Shown: piece by piece, positions 54,675-64,000 of the stretch
Layout of the letters: each line of letters opens with the position of its first letter
Numbering within the stretch: position 1 is the stretch's first letter
IMG/VR virus record: IMGVR_UViG_3300030202_002001
Location: 1 to 64,000 of that record
Length of the DNA stretch: 64,000 bases
Strand: one strand, 5' to 3'
Origin: a virus
Notes under the pieces: model-generated
The model's input: the letters and a program-made list of their open reading frames with translations, nothing else
Told to the model about the DNA's origin: nothing
Databases searched by the model: none
Translations under genes and position numbers: made by a program

Positions 54675-54787
54675 AAAAATCAAAAAGACAAGATGGATTA
54701 GGAGTGCTGTTTGTGGGAGCATACCTTTCATACCAGACTCCGAATACAATGGTTCCATATGTGAGTTAACTTGTAATGTAAAACAAA

Positions 54788-54976
54788 ATGAGCCTTAAAA
54801 AAGAAAATCGCAAATTGCGAGAAGAAAATTTTATGTTAAAACTTGAGATTTGGAAATTAGAAACAAAATTAGAAAGTTTAAAATCCGATAAATGGGGTCA
54901 TTGGAAACACCCAAAATCATGTCTACATAATAAAGATCCATGGGAAAACTGGGACTATCTAAAAGATGAGAAATGA
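54788..54976 (+). CDS. Hypothetical coiled-coil protein
   Basis: ORF track. Confidence 0.6.
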   Translation: MSLKKENRKLREENFMLKLEIWKLETKLESLKSDKWGHWKHPKSCLHNKDPWENWDYLKDEK

Positions 54977-55169
54977 AATTTTAAGAGCTCTTAAAGCAAA
55001 TGCCACTGGTAACATTGAGAAGGCAAGACTCAATATTGAGATCTACCTCAAAAATCCTGTAGGCATTGGTGAGCATCCAGATGTTCTTGCTGCAATTCAA
55101 GATCAGGTTGATCTAATTGCTCATGAAGAAGAGCGTATTGAAGTCCTTCAAAAATATTTCGACTCGTAA
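54966..55169 (+). CDS. Conserved phage hypothetical protein
   Basis: N.EIYL.NPVGIGEHPD motif. Confidence 0.8.
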   Translation: MRNEILRALKANATGNIEKARLNIEIYLKNPVGIGEHPDVLAAIQDQVDLIAHEEERIEVLQKYFDS

Positions 55170-55170
55170 A

Positions 55171-55323
55171 ATGCTATTACAATTTGCAAGATTTTGCGGA
55201 ACTGTATTAAACAACCCATGGGGATGTGGACTAATGGCCTGGTGCCTAGTCTTCGTTCCCATTCTTGGTATGTGGGCAGTACATAATTATGGATGGCAAC
55301 ATTGGGAACCCTTTAAAAAGTGA
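55171..55323 (+). CDS. Small membrane protein
   Basis: LVFVPILGMWAVH.YGWQHWEPF. Confidence 0.65.
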   Translation: MLLQFARFCGTVLNNPWGCGLMAWCLVFVPILGMWAVHNYGWQHWEPFKK

Positions 55324-55529
55324 ATTTAGTATTGCGTCCTCTTGATAGTGTTACTGACCCAGTATGGTCAGTAATCATTATGGTAATTCTAGCTGTAGCG
55401 TTAGCAATGGTATTCGTTGTCTACATATTAAGAGAAGCATTTGCAGAGTTAGAAGATGGGAGCAATGACACCGCCGAGCAGAAAGAGCTGCTACAACTTC
55501 CGAGTGACGGAGATCAATCGTGTCCTTGA
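55320..55529 (+). CDS. Small membrane protein
   Basis: LRPL....DPVWSVII followed by a hydrophobic helix. Confidence 0.6.
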   Translation: MNLVLRPLDSVTDPVWSVIIMVILAVALAMVFVVYILREAFAELEDGSNDTAEQKELLQLPSDGDQSCP

Positions 55530-55917
55530 TGGTGATACTATCGATGTCACTATTGACCTCGGGTTTGATTTATACAAGAAAGAAAGAGTTAGAATTGCAG
55601 GCGTTGATACGCCAGAGAAGAGGACGAGGAACTTAGAGGAGAAAGAACTTGGAATCGACGCAACCGAATGGCTCAAAGCAAAACTGGAAGGTACTTTGGC
55701 TGGTGATGATGAGTTGTCTATTAGGACTGAACTTGTTGGTGGCGTCGGCAAATATGGCCGTCTTCTTGGTTGGTTATACATTGGGGACGAGTCAGTGTCA
55801 CTCAACGAACAAATGATTGAGCAAGGATATGCTCACGCATATGATGGTGGCACCAAGGATATGAATCTTGAAGCACTACGAGAAATCAGAAGAGCACATG
55901 GAACATTGGTAGATTGA
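55456..55917 (+). CDS. Staphylococcal-nuclease-like (SNase/thermonuclease) protein
   Basis: RVLDGDTIDV, RVRIAGVDTPE, GKYGRLLG, LNEQMIEQGYA. Confidence 0.88.
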   Translation: MGAMTPPSRKSCYNFRVTEINRVLDGDTIDVTIDLGFDLYKKERVRIAGVDTPEKRTRNLEEKELGIDATEWLKAKLEGTLAGDDELSIRTELVGGVGKYGRLLGWLYIGDESVSLNEQMIEQGYAHAYDGGTKDMNLEALREIRRAHGTLVD

Positions 55918-55918
55918 T

Positions 55919-57583
55919 ATGAGTAGTAACGAAATATACTTAGGTAATCCTAATCTAAAAAAAGCAAATACCCCGATTGAATTCTCACCAGAGAATGTTC
56001 AGGAGTATTTGAAGTGCAAAAATGATCCTGTATATTTTGCTAAAAATTATGTAAAGATTGTTTCTCTTGACGAGGGTCTTGTACCATTCAAGATGTGGGA
56101 TTTCCAAGAGAAATTAATCAGAAATTTTCACGAGAAACGATTTAATATCTGTAAAATGCCTAGGCAGACAGGTAAGTCTACTACATGCGTGTCTTATCTC
56201 CTACATTATATTGTCTTTAACGATAGCGTCAATGTTGGTATCCTAGCAAACAAAGCAGCGACGGCAAGGGAACTTCTCAGTAGGTTACAAACTGCATATG
56301 AGAACTTGCCTAAATGGATGCAACAGGGTATTCTATCCTGGAACAAAGGTTCTATGGAGTTAGAAAATGGCAGTAAAATATTGGCAGCATCTACATCTGC
56401 AAGTGCTGTCCGAGGTATGTCGTTTAACATCATCTTCCTCGATGAGTTTGCGTTCGTTCCAAACCATATTGCAGAGTCGTTCTTTGCCTCTGTTTATCCT
56501 ACTATTACTTCTGGTAAAAGCACAAAGGTAATTATGGTTTCAACGCCTCACGGCATGAACCATTTCTACAGATATTGGCACGACGCACAAAGAGGGAAGA
56601 ACGAATATACAGCCACAGAAGTTCACTGGTCTGAAGTCCCTGGTAGGGATTCTAAATGGAAAGCACAGACCATTGCTAACACCTCAGAGCAGCAGTTCAA
56701 AGTTGAGTTTGAGTGCGAATTCCTTGGATCTGTTGACACTTTGATTAGTGTTGCTAAATTAAGAAACCTTGTTTTTGATGATCCAATACAGAATAATGGA
56801 AAGGGCCTCGTGGTATATGAAAAACCACAGAAGGATCGTGATTACATTGTAACTGTTGACACTGCGCGTGGCATTGATCATGACTATTCTGCCTTTGTTG
56901 TTTTTGATATCTCAGAGTTTCCGTATAAGACGGCAGCAAGATATAAAAATAATGAAATTAAACCTATGCTGTTTCCAAATATTATTTTGGATATGGCGAA
57001 GGCATATAATAATGCTTATGTATTAGTAGAAGTTAATGACATTGGAGAACAGGTTGCGACAATTTTACAATACGATTTAGAATATGAGAATATGCTGATG
57101 TGTTCTATGAGAGGTAGAGCTGGTCAGCAAGTAGGCACAGGTTTCAGTGGCAAAAAAACTCAGTTAGGGGTCAGGATGACTGCTGCTGTTAAGAAAACTG
57201 GATGCTCAAACTTAAAAGCATTAGTGGAGGAAGATAAGTTAGTAACTAGCGACTATGATATCATTGCTGAACTGACAACATTCATTCAGAAGAAACAATC
57301 GTGGGAGGCAGAAGATGGTTGTCACGATGACCTTGCAATGTGTTTGGTTATCTTTGCATGGTTAGTTGCTCAAGATTACTTTAGAGAAATGACGGACAAT
57401 GATGTCCGTAAAAGAATCTATGAGGATCAGAAAGAACAAATTGAACAAGACATGGCACCATTTGGATTTATTAGTGATGGTCTAGATGATGAGTCGTTTA
57501 TGGAAGGTGGTGATAGATGGACTGTAGATAAGGAGGCTACGGCAACATATGGTGATATGTCATACATGTGGGAATATAATTAA
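55919..57583 (+). CDS. gp17: Terminase large subunit gp17
   Basis: YLGNPNLKKA, PRQTGKST, IFLDEFAF, STPHG.NHFY, HDDLAMCLV. Confidence 0.96.
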   Translation: MSSNEIYLGNPNLKKANTPIEFSPENVQEYLKCKNDPVYFAKNYVKIVSLDEGLVPFKMWDFQEKLIRNFHEKRFNICKMPRQTGKSTTCVSYLLHYIVFNDSVNVGILANKAATARELLSRLQTAYENLPKWMQQGILSWNKGSMELENGSKILAASTSASAVRGMSFNIIFLDEFAFVPNHIAESFFASVYPTITSGKSTKVIMVSTPHGMNHFYRYWHDAQRGKNEYTATEVHWSEVPGRDSKWKAQTIANTSEQQFKVEFECEFLGSVDTLISVAKLRNLVFDDPIQNNGKGLVVYEKPQKDRDYIVTVDTARGIDHDYSAFVVFDISEFPYKTAARYKNNEIKPMLFPNIILDMAKAYNNAYVLVEVNDIGEQVATILQYDLEYENMLMCSMRGRAGQQVGTGFSGKKTQLGVRMTAAVKKTGCSNLKALVEEDKLVTSDYDIIAELTTFIQKKQSWEAEDGCHDDLAMCLVIFAWLVAQDYFREMTDNDVRKRIYEDQKEQIEQDMAPFGFISDGLDDESFMEGGDRWTVDKEATATYGDMSYMWEYN

Positions 57584-57813
57584 TGGATCTGGGGGATGAG
57601 TTTGAATATGGTCACTTGTTTCTGACGGAAAGAAAATGTAGAGCATGTGGAAAAACAAAAAATCTCATGAGTGATTTTTATAGAACTCATAAAGATAGAG
57701 GAGATACCCCATCAGCATATTCGTATGAATGTAAGATGTGTACTAAAGAAAGAGTAGTAGAATATAGGAGAAATAAAGAAAAAAGAAGGGATTGGTTGTA
57801 TCCAGATTGGTAG
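57583..57813 (+). CDS. Small Zn-finger-like protein
   Basis: CRAC...YECKMC. Confidence 0.7.
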   Translation: MDLGDEFEYGHLFLTERKCRACGKTKNLMSDFYRTHKDRGDTPSAYSYECKMCTKERVVEYRRNKEKRRDWLYPDW

Positions 57814-57895
57814 TGTTCATGACCAGTTTCCCCACTCAAAAAGGTCTAAACTCTAAATATTAGTAGACAAATTTGGATTCTATTGGGAGTTAAAG

Positions 57896-60262
57896 ATGCC
57901 GCTCAACCTAGCATCTCCTGGAATTGTCGTAAGGGAAGTTGACCTGACCCAAGGTAGAGTAGATCCTACTTCTACCAAAGCTGCAGGTCTCGTAGCTCCC
58001 TTTGCAAAAGGACCAGTCGAGAAACCCACACTTATTGAAACCGAAGCGGATCTCCTGGAGACCTTTGGTTCACCATACAGAGACAGTAATCATTACGAAT
58101 ACTGGCTTACAGCATCTTCGTATCTTTCATACGGTGGTGTTCTTAGAGTTGTCAGATCTGCTGACAGTCAGTTTAAGAACGCTTTCGTTGGAAGTGCAAG
58201 TAGCGTTATCATCAAAAGCGTAGATGATTATATTGATAAAGGTTATTCTGAGAATAACATTTCCAGTGTAGTTGTTGCTGCTAGAAACCCTGGATCTTGG
58301 GCAAACGGAATTAAAGTTGCCCTTTTAGATGGTCTAGCGGATCAAACCCTTACGGGTCTTGATACAACCGCTATCCTTGGATTCTCTTCTACTGCCAATG
58401 GCGGCCTTGCTGCTGTTGCTGGTTATGAAGACGGTATTTCACCAATTGACCTCACTGTAGGTCTTGGCATTACTCAAGCAGTTCCTTCTGGAACAGTTGT
58501 TGCTGGAGTAGGTGCAACTTCACTTCTTGACGGATACCTTAAGGGTGTCATTACTGAAGTTGGATCTGGCGAGGTATCAGTTAAAGTAGTATCTCATGTC
58601 AGTGCTGCTGGTACAGAAACTGCAGTTGACTACACACCAGGTGGAGTTTATGAATTCCAGAATTCTGGTTCATTCTCTTTGCATGTTCAATCTGCTGTCG
58701 GATCTGGTCAACTTGGATGGACTGCTAGCACCGTTTCTTACGGATCTAGTTTCGCCAATGCAGACTTCCTTACCGCTCTAACTGGTGCTGGTGTCACTGC
58801 TGGTGATGCTCGCTATGTTGCTGCTGCAGCATATGACGGTAATGTAGATTACAGTGGAGCAAAGGATTGGTTTGATAATCAATCAATCACTCTTAGCAAC
58901 GGCAACACTATTGCTTGGAACTCTCTCGCAGATAGACCTGGAACTTCCTCGTTTGCTGCAGCAAGAAGTGCTAAAAATGATGAGGTTCATGTAGCTCTAA
59001 TTGATGACGCTGGTAAGATTACTGGCAATGCTGGAACACTCCTTGAAAAGTATATTTCTGCTTCTAAAGGTAAAGATTCGGTTTACTCTGCTGGTTCACC
59101 TTCTTATTGGAGAAAACTTCTTGAAATCGCTAGCCAATATGCATTTGGTGGTGGAGCTCCTTCTGGTGTAGTTACGACAGATCTTGATGCAAACTTTGAT
59201 CCTAAGACCGATGTTGCATGGGATCAAGACACCGAGAATGTCTCCTTCGCTGCTATTGGTAACTATCAAGCATCATTTGCGGGTGGATTGGATTATGGCG
59301 GTAAGACCTCAATCAGTGCTACTGATGCTTTGAAGGTAACCGTTGGTGATCTTTCTACTGGTTACGATCTCCTTGCTAATAAAGATGCATACGAACTAGA
59401 CTTCTTGATGATGGGTTCTGCTGCTCATGGCAGAGAAGCCTCGCAAGCACTTGCAAACAAACTTATTTCAGTCGCAGAACTTAGAAAGGACTGCGTAGCA
59501 TGTATCTCGCCGTTTAGAGGTGCTTTCCTTGCTACATCTGGTGATGGAGAGGATCTTACTCTTAAGTCCGATACAATTACTTCAGCGGTAACTGCATTCT
59601 ACTCTTCTATCACATCATCTTCTTACGCTATCCTTGATAGTGGTTACAAGTACATGTATGATCGCTTCAGTAAAGCGTTCCGCTATGTACCTCTGAATGG
59701 TGACATTGCTGGCGTTTGTGCTAGAAATGACATCAACAACTTCCCTTGGTTCTCACCAGGTGGTACGACAAGAGGCGCAATCCTCAATGCTGTAAAACTT
59801 GCATATAATCCTTCACAGGCAGAGAGAGACAAGTTGTACTCTTCAAGAGTCAACCCAGTAATCTTCTCGCCTGGTGCTGGTATTATTCTGTTTGGTGATA
59901 AGACTGGTCTTGGCAAGTCTTCCGCTTTCGACAGAATCAATGTTCGCCGTCTCTTCATCTTCCTTGAAAAAGCAATTTCTGCAGCGGCAAGAGACCAACT
60001 CTTTGAGTTTAATGATGAAATTACGAGACTTAACTTCTTGAACATTGTAGAACCTTTCCTCAGAGATGTACAATCTAAGAGAGGTATTACCGATTTCGTT
60101 GCAGTTTGTGACGAAACAAACAACACTGCAGCGGTAATCGACAACAACGAATTCGTTGCTGACATCTTTATCAAACCTGCTAGGTCGATTAACTTCATCG
60201 GTCTAACATTCGTTGCTACTCGCACGGGCGTTAGTTTTGAAGAAGTTATTGGTCGAGTTTGA
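57896..60262 (+). CDS. gp18: Tail sheath protein gp18
   Basis: SPGIVVREVDLT, PWFSPGG..RG, FDRINVRRLF, FEFND, KPARSINFI.L.FVA; TCTAAATA at 57852. Confidence 0.96.
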   Translation: MPLNLASPGIVVREVDLTQGRVDPTSTKAAGLVAPFAKGPVEKPTLIETEADLLETFGSPYRDSNHYEYWLTASSYLSYGGVLRVVRSADSQFKNAFVGSASSVIIKSVDDYIDKGYSENNISSVVVAARNPGSWANGIKVALLDGLADQTLTGLDTTAILGFSSTANGGLAAVAGYEDGISPIDLTVGLGITQAVPSGTVVAGVGATSLLDGYLKGVITEVGSGEVSVKVVSHVSAAGTETAVDYTPGGVYEFQNSGSFSLHVQSAVGSGQLGWTASTVSYGSSFANADFLTALTGAGVTAGDARYVAAAAYDGNVDYSGAKDWFDNQSITLSNGNTIAWNSLADRPGTSSFAAARSAKNDEVHVALIDDAGKITGNAGTLLEKYISASKGKDSVYSAGSPSYWRKLLEIASQYAFGGGAPSGVVTTDLDANFDPKTDVAWDQDTENVSFAAIGNYQASFAGGLDYGGKTSISATDALKVTVGDLSTGYDLLANKDAYELDFLMMGSAAHGREASQALANKLISVAELRKDCVACISPFRGAFLATSGDGEDLTLKSDTITSAVTAFYSSITSSSYAILDSGYKYMYDRFSKAFRYVPLNGDIAGVCARNDINNFPWFSPGGTTRGAILNAVKLAYNPSQAERDKLYSSRVNPVIFSPGAGIILFGDKTGLGKSSAFDRINVRRLFIFLEKAISAAARDQLFEFNDEITRLNFLNIVEPFLRDVQSKRGITDFVAVCDETNNTAAVIDNNEFVADIFIKPARSINFIGLTFVATRTGVSFEEVIGRV

Positions 60263-60298
60263 TCGCCTTAATAATAAACTCAAAGGAGAACCCAACTA

Positions 60299-60919
60299 AT
60301 GGCTATCAATTCACAAAATCCGCCAAAGACCGCCGACAGGACTATTGACAAGTTTAAGTCGAGACTGTCTGGCGGTATTGCAAGACCCAATCTCTTTGAG
60401 GTTGTTCTTGCTTTCCCAGATGGAGTAGTAGATGATTCTGTAAGTGATCTTGATGCTAAAGCAAGATTTCTTGTAAAGGCAGCAGCACTTCCTGCATCAA
60501 ACATTGCTCCCATTAGCGTTCCTTTCAGAGGGCGCACCTTAAAAATTGCTGGTGACAGAACATTCGATGAATGGACTATCACTGTTATTAATGATACCGA
60601 CTTTGCTATCCGTTCCTCTTTTGAGAGATGGATGAACTCTATGTCGAAAGTATCCGACAACTCTGGTACTACTAACCCAGAGGATTATACTAGAGACGCA
60701 TATGTCTATCAACTTGGTAGATCTGCAGTAGCACCTGGTTCTCAGGAATCTGATCAGAATCTGCCTGTTCTTAGAACATATAAATTCTATAGTGTGTTCC
60801 CAACAAATATTTCTCAACTTGATCTGTCGTATGATTCTGCAGATCAAACCGAGGAGTTTACAGTAAGCCTCCAAGTACAATGGTGGGAAGCTGCTGGAAA
60901 TGGTGGAGATGTCGCTTGA
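60299..60919 (+). CDS. gp19: Tail tube protein gp19
   Basis: GG.ARPNLFEV, VPFRGR.LKIAGDRTF..WT.TV.NDTDF. Confidence 0.95.
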   Translation: MAINSQNPPKTADRTIDKFKSRLSGGIARPNLFEVVLAFPDGVVDDSVSDLDAKARFLVKAAALPASNIAPISVPFRGRTLKIAGDRTFDEWTITVINDTDFAIRSSFERWMNSMSKVSDNSGTTNPEDYTRDAYVYQLGRSAVAPGSQESDQNLPVLRTYKFYSVFPTNISQLDLSYDSADQTEEFTVSLQVQWWEAAGNGGDVA

Positions 60920-60955
60920 TAAATAGTCTTTGAATACAAAGACTCTATATTTGAA

Positions 60956-62620
60956 ATGTCGAAACTCTTCGGATTTTCTATTGATGATAACGAAAAGACT
61001 CCTAAGGGTGTAGTCAGTCCCATCCCCACTACTGGTGAGGGCGGGGCTGATTACTATATCCAAGGGGGTTTTTCTAGTCAAGTTGTAGATATTGAAGGGA
61101 TCTACAAATCAGAACATGAACTTATTAGAAGATATAGGGAGATGGCACTCCACCCAGAGGTGGACAATGCTATTGAAGATGTTGTTAATGAGGCAATTGT
61201 TTCTGATCAGAATGATTCCCCTGTAGAAATTGATCTGGAGAATCTAAACTCTAGCGATGGTATTAAAAATATTATCCGCAAAGAATTTAAGCATATCAAA
61301 GATCTTCTTGATTTTGATATCAAATCCCATGAAATTTTTAGGAACTGGTATGTTGATGGTAGACTATACTACAACAAAGTAATTGACATCCAGAATCCAC
61401 AAGAAGGATTACAAGAACTAAGGTATATCGATCCTCTCAAAATGCGCTATGTGCGTAAAGAGAAGAAAAAGGATGATAGAAACGATATCTTTAATAGTGG
61501 TGGTGTAAGGGAAGAGCAGAAAGTTTACTTCCCAGAAATCGAAGAGTACTTTATGTACACTCCGAAACCACAATACCCAACAAACATTGCTGCTCCTGGT
61601 GGTAGCACTGCTATGAAGGGAATCAAGATTGCAAAAGATGCAATCACATATTGCACCTCTGGTCTTGTAGATAGAAATAAGGGTGCAGGACTTTCATATC
61701 TTCATAAGGCAATCAAGTCACTCAATCAACTTCGTATGATTGAAGACTCTCTAGTTATCTACAGATTGTCACGCGCACCAGAGCGTCGTATTTTCTACAT
61801 TGATGTTGGTAATCTTCCTAAGGTAAAAGCAGAGCAATACCTTCGTGAAGTCATGATGCGCTACCGTAATAAGTTGGTGTATGATTCCAACAGCGGTGAG
61901 ATTCGTGACGACAAAAAGATGATGAGTATGCTAGAAGACTTCTGGCTTCCTCGTCGTGAAGGTGGTCGTGGTACAGAAATTACTACACTACCTGGTGGAC
62001 AGAATCTTGGTGAACTTGCTGATATTGAATACTTCCAATCTAAACTCTACAGATCTTTAGGTGTACCTGAGTCTAGAATCGCTGGTTCTGGAGATGGTTT
62101 TAACCTTGGTCGCTCTAGTGAAATCTTGAGAGACGAACTTAAGTTCTCCAAGTTTGTTGGTCGTTTGCGTAAGCGTTTCAGTGCAATGTTCCTTGACATG
62201 CTGAAGACGCAATTGCTTTTGAAAAATGTTGTTACTCCCCAAGATTGGGAAGTGATGTCTGAGCATATTCAGTTTGACTTCTTATATGATAATCACTTTG
62301 CAGAACTGAAAGATAAAGAATTGCTTGAAGGTCGCCTTGGTCTTCTTGCAATGATTGAACCTTATGCTGGTCGCTATTATTCTACGGAATATATTCGCCG
62401 TCAAGTTCTGCGTCAGCGTGATCAAGAAATCGTTGAGATTGACTCTCAGATTGAAGAAGAAATTGCTAGTGGTGTTCTCCCAGATCCTAACCAGCAGATG
62501 CTTGAAATGGAAGCTATGGGAGCTGAAGATCCAATGATGCAGGGACAAGAAGACCCCAATGCACTGCCAGGTCAAGCTCCGCAACCTCAGTTGCCAAAAG
62601 CATCAGAAGGGGAGATCTAA
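60956..62620 (+). CDS. gp20: Portal vertex protein gp20
   Basis: IYRLSRAPERRIFYIDVGNLPK.KAEQY, EDFWLPRREGGRGTEI.TLPGG; GATAAATA at 60918. Confidence 0.96.
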   Translation: MSKLFGFSIDDNEKTPKGVVSPIPTTGEGGADYYIQGGFSSQVVDIEGIYKSEHELIRRYREMALHPEVDNAIEDVVNEAIVSDQNDSPVEIDLENLNSSDGIKNIIRKEFKHIKDLLDFDIKSHEIFRNWYVDGRLYYNKVIDIQNPQEGLQELRYIDPLKMRYVRKEKKKDDRNDIFNSGGVREEQKVYFPEIEEYFMYTPKPQYPTNIAAPGGSTAMKGIKIAKDAITYCTSGLVDRNKGAGLSYLHKAIKSLNQLRMIEDSLVIYRLSRAPERRIFYIDVGNLPKVKAEQYLREVMMRYRNKLVYDSNSGEIRDDKKMMSMLEDFWLPRREGGRGTEITTLPGGQNLGELADIEYFQSKLYRSLGVPESRIAGSGDGFNLGRSSEILRDELKFSKFVGRLRKRFSAMFLDMLKTQLLLKNVVTPQDWEVMSEHIQFDFLYDNHFAELKDKELLEGRLGLLAMIEPYAGRYYSTEYIRRQVLRQRDQEIVEIDSQIEEEIASGVLPDPNQQMLEMEAMGAEDPMMQGQEDPNALPGQAPQPQLPKASEGEI

Positions 62621-62650
62621 TAAATAAGTTTATATCTCTGATTTATATCA

Positions 62651-62821
62651 ATGGAAGAATTAATTAACATGATTGCGACGGATTCGTCAGCTGTGGATAT
62701 CAGTGATCAAATCAAAGACCTTTTATATCAGAAGGCCGCAGGTAAAGTTGACACCATGCGTCAACCAGCTGCAGCATCTCTGTTCGGAGAACCAACTCAA
62801 GAAACTGAGGATCAAGAATAA
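62651..62821 (+). CDS. Small acidic prohead core protein (gp67-like position)
   Basis: Read manually: MEELINMIA...IKDLLY.KAA...A.SLF; AATAAATA at 62619. Confidence 0.65.
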   Translation: MEELINMIATDSSAVDISDQIKDLLYQKAAGKVDTMRQPAAASLFGEPTQETEDQE

Positions 62822-63090
62822 TGGCAAGAACTTTATGTAAAGGTGCAGAGGCAGCTCTGCCCACAACAACTGGTGCTGCTGTTAGTTTTACTCAAGCGAC
62901 AGTTGTTCGTTTAGTTAATACTCATACTTCTGCTCATCTTGTTACTGTTGTAGAAACGAGAAGTGGAGATACTGTAGGTTCGTTTACCATGCCTGCAGGA
63001 TCTGTAGAGTATCTTGAGAAAAACCCTAACCAGTGCGTGTTTGCTGCAAATGCTGGCGTCAAAGGTGCAAAAGTAGGATTTACCGCGTAA
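62821..63090 (+). CDS. Conserved hypothetical protein between gp20 and gp21
   Basis: ORF track; AT.VRL.N...GSFT.P......LEK pattern. Confidence 0.7.
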   Translation: MARTLCKGAEAALPTTTGAAVSFTQATVVRLVNTHTSAHLVTVVETRSGDTVGSFTMPAGSVEYLEKNPNQCVFAANAGVKGAKVGFTA

Positions 63091-63095
63091 AAACA

Positions 63096-63746
63096 ATGAA
63101 ACTTATCACGGAAGAAATCGAACAGGTCGAACTTATCGTTGAAGAACGAAACGGTAAGAAGTCCATGTATATCGAAGGAGTATTCCTTCAGGGAGACATC
63201 AAGAACCGCAATGGTCGGATGTATCCTATGGATACCCTTCGTAGAGAGGTAGGCCGTTACAACGAAAGTTTTGTCCTGAAAGGCAGAGCTCTCGGTGAAC
63301 TGGGTCATCCCGAAGGACCGACTTTGAACCTGGATCGTGTCTCACATAAAATTACTTCTCTCAGAGAAGAGGGAACTAATTATATTGGAAAGGCAAAACT
63401 CCTCAACACTCCTATGGGCAAGATTGCTCAGAATCTTATTGATGAAGGAGTTAAGTTGGGTGTTTCTTCCCGTGGTCTCGGAACCTTAGCGGTTAACGAG
63501 GACGGTATTAAGATCGTTTCTACCGATTTTATGCTTGCAACTGCTGCTGATATTGTAGCAGATCCATCTGCACCTGATGCTTTTGTCTCAGGAATTATGG
63601 AAGGAAAAGATTGGGTAATGGATGGTACAGTCGTTCGCGAACGACTCGTAGAAAAGACCTACAAGCAAGTTAATACCCTTGTAGATCAAAGAGCACTTCA
63701 AGAAAACAAGTTGGCACTGTTCAATAAGTTCTTGTCAAGTCTTTAA
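63096..63746 (+). CDS. gp21: Prohead protease gp21
   Basis: MKLITEE, NRNGRMYP, ALGELGHP, GVSSRG.G, DIVADPSAPDAFV. Confidence 0.95.
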   Translation: MKLITEEIEQVELIVEERNGKKSMYIEGVFLQGDIKNRNGRMYPMDTLRREVGRYNESFVLKGRALGELGHPEGPTLNLDRVSHKITSLREEGTNYIGKAKLLNTPMGKIAQNLIDEGVKLGVSSRGLGTLAVNEDGIKIVSTDFMLATAADIVADPSAPDAFVSGIMEGKDWVMDGTVVRERLVEKTYKQVNTLVDQRALQENKLALFNKFLSSL

Positions 63747-63748
63747 AT

Positions 63749-63756
63749 TATAAATA
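63749..63756 (+). promoter_or_regulatory. T4-type late promoter TATAAATA
   Basis: Exact consensus upstream of gp22. Confidence 0.8.
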
Positions 63757-63803
63757 AATATAGATTATATCTAGAATAAACGATCTAATCGGAGAGTTCA
63801 CCA

Positions 63804-64000
63804 ATGTCCGCTAAGGAATTACAAGAAATGGAAAATCCTGTAACAAGGGGTGCGAAAGCTGCTGAGGCTATGCCTCAACTTGCTGATCCTGGAACTGGTC
63901 TGGCTGCTGTAGAAGATTTGGGTGGTCCTACCCCCGATAACTATAAGCCCGACGATGATTCCGCGAAACTCGCAGAACCCAAAGTCAAAACTGTAAGAGA
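63804..64000 (+). CDS. gp22: 5' part of prohead core scaffold gp22 (runs off the window)
   Basis: MSAKELQEME...EDLGGPTP.NYKPDDDSAKL; position directly after gp21. Confidence 0.85.
   Translation, partial: MSAKELQEMENPVTRGAKAAEAMPQLADPGTGLAAVEDLGGPTPDNYKPDDDSAKLAEPKVKTVR

Noticed and set aside
55919-62620. Inteins or introns in gp17, gp18 or gp20
   Set aside because: The ORFs are continuous, motif spacing looks normal and there are no splice-junction motifs.
14014-63308. Numerous minus-strand ORFs of 60-190 aa (e.g. 14014-14589, 29025-29561, 59683-60225)
   Set aside because: All lie antisense to recognisable + strand genes and show no motifs; they are expected from codon bias.
1-64000. tRNA or rRNA genes
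   Set aside because: I recognised no cloverleaf or T-loop signature in the intergenic gaps; tRNAscan-SE would be the definitive check.

Overview
This window is 64 kb of a T4-like marine cyanophage genome (myovirus, probably infecting Synechococcus or Prochlorococcus), and every credible gene is on the + strand. Bases 1-13.4 kb are an early/accessory region. It holds the 3' end of a Gly-X-Pro protein, a prolyl-hydroxylase-type 2OG-Fe(II) oxygenase, a ligase-motif protein, a degenerate Trp-halogenase-family protein, an MspI/HinP1I-like endonuclease, a DEAH helicase, a HicA-like protein, a lysozyme and many small ORFs. Eight copies of a fixed-geometry palindrome-plus-(-10) promoter cassette drive this region. 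A non-coding, origin-like interval follows at about 12.94-13.43 kb. The rest is the T4 structural module (gp25, 6, 7, 8, a VrlC/DUF4815-like protein, a fibre, gp13-22), with a host-derived island (petE, petF, truncated gnd-like gene, SNase) between gp16 and gp17. The most striking observation is that I could not find a single CCGG in the window by eye, while the phage carries an orphan endonuclease of the MspI (CCGG)/HinP1I structural family. That suggests a methylase-free weapon in which the phage is protected by sequence avoidance. All family calls come from motif recognition, not from database searches.
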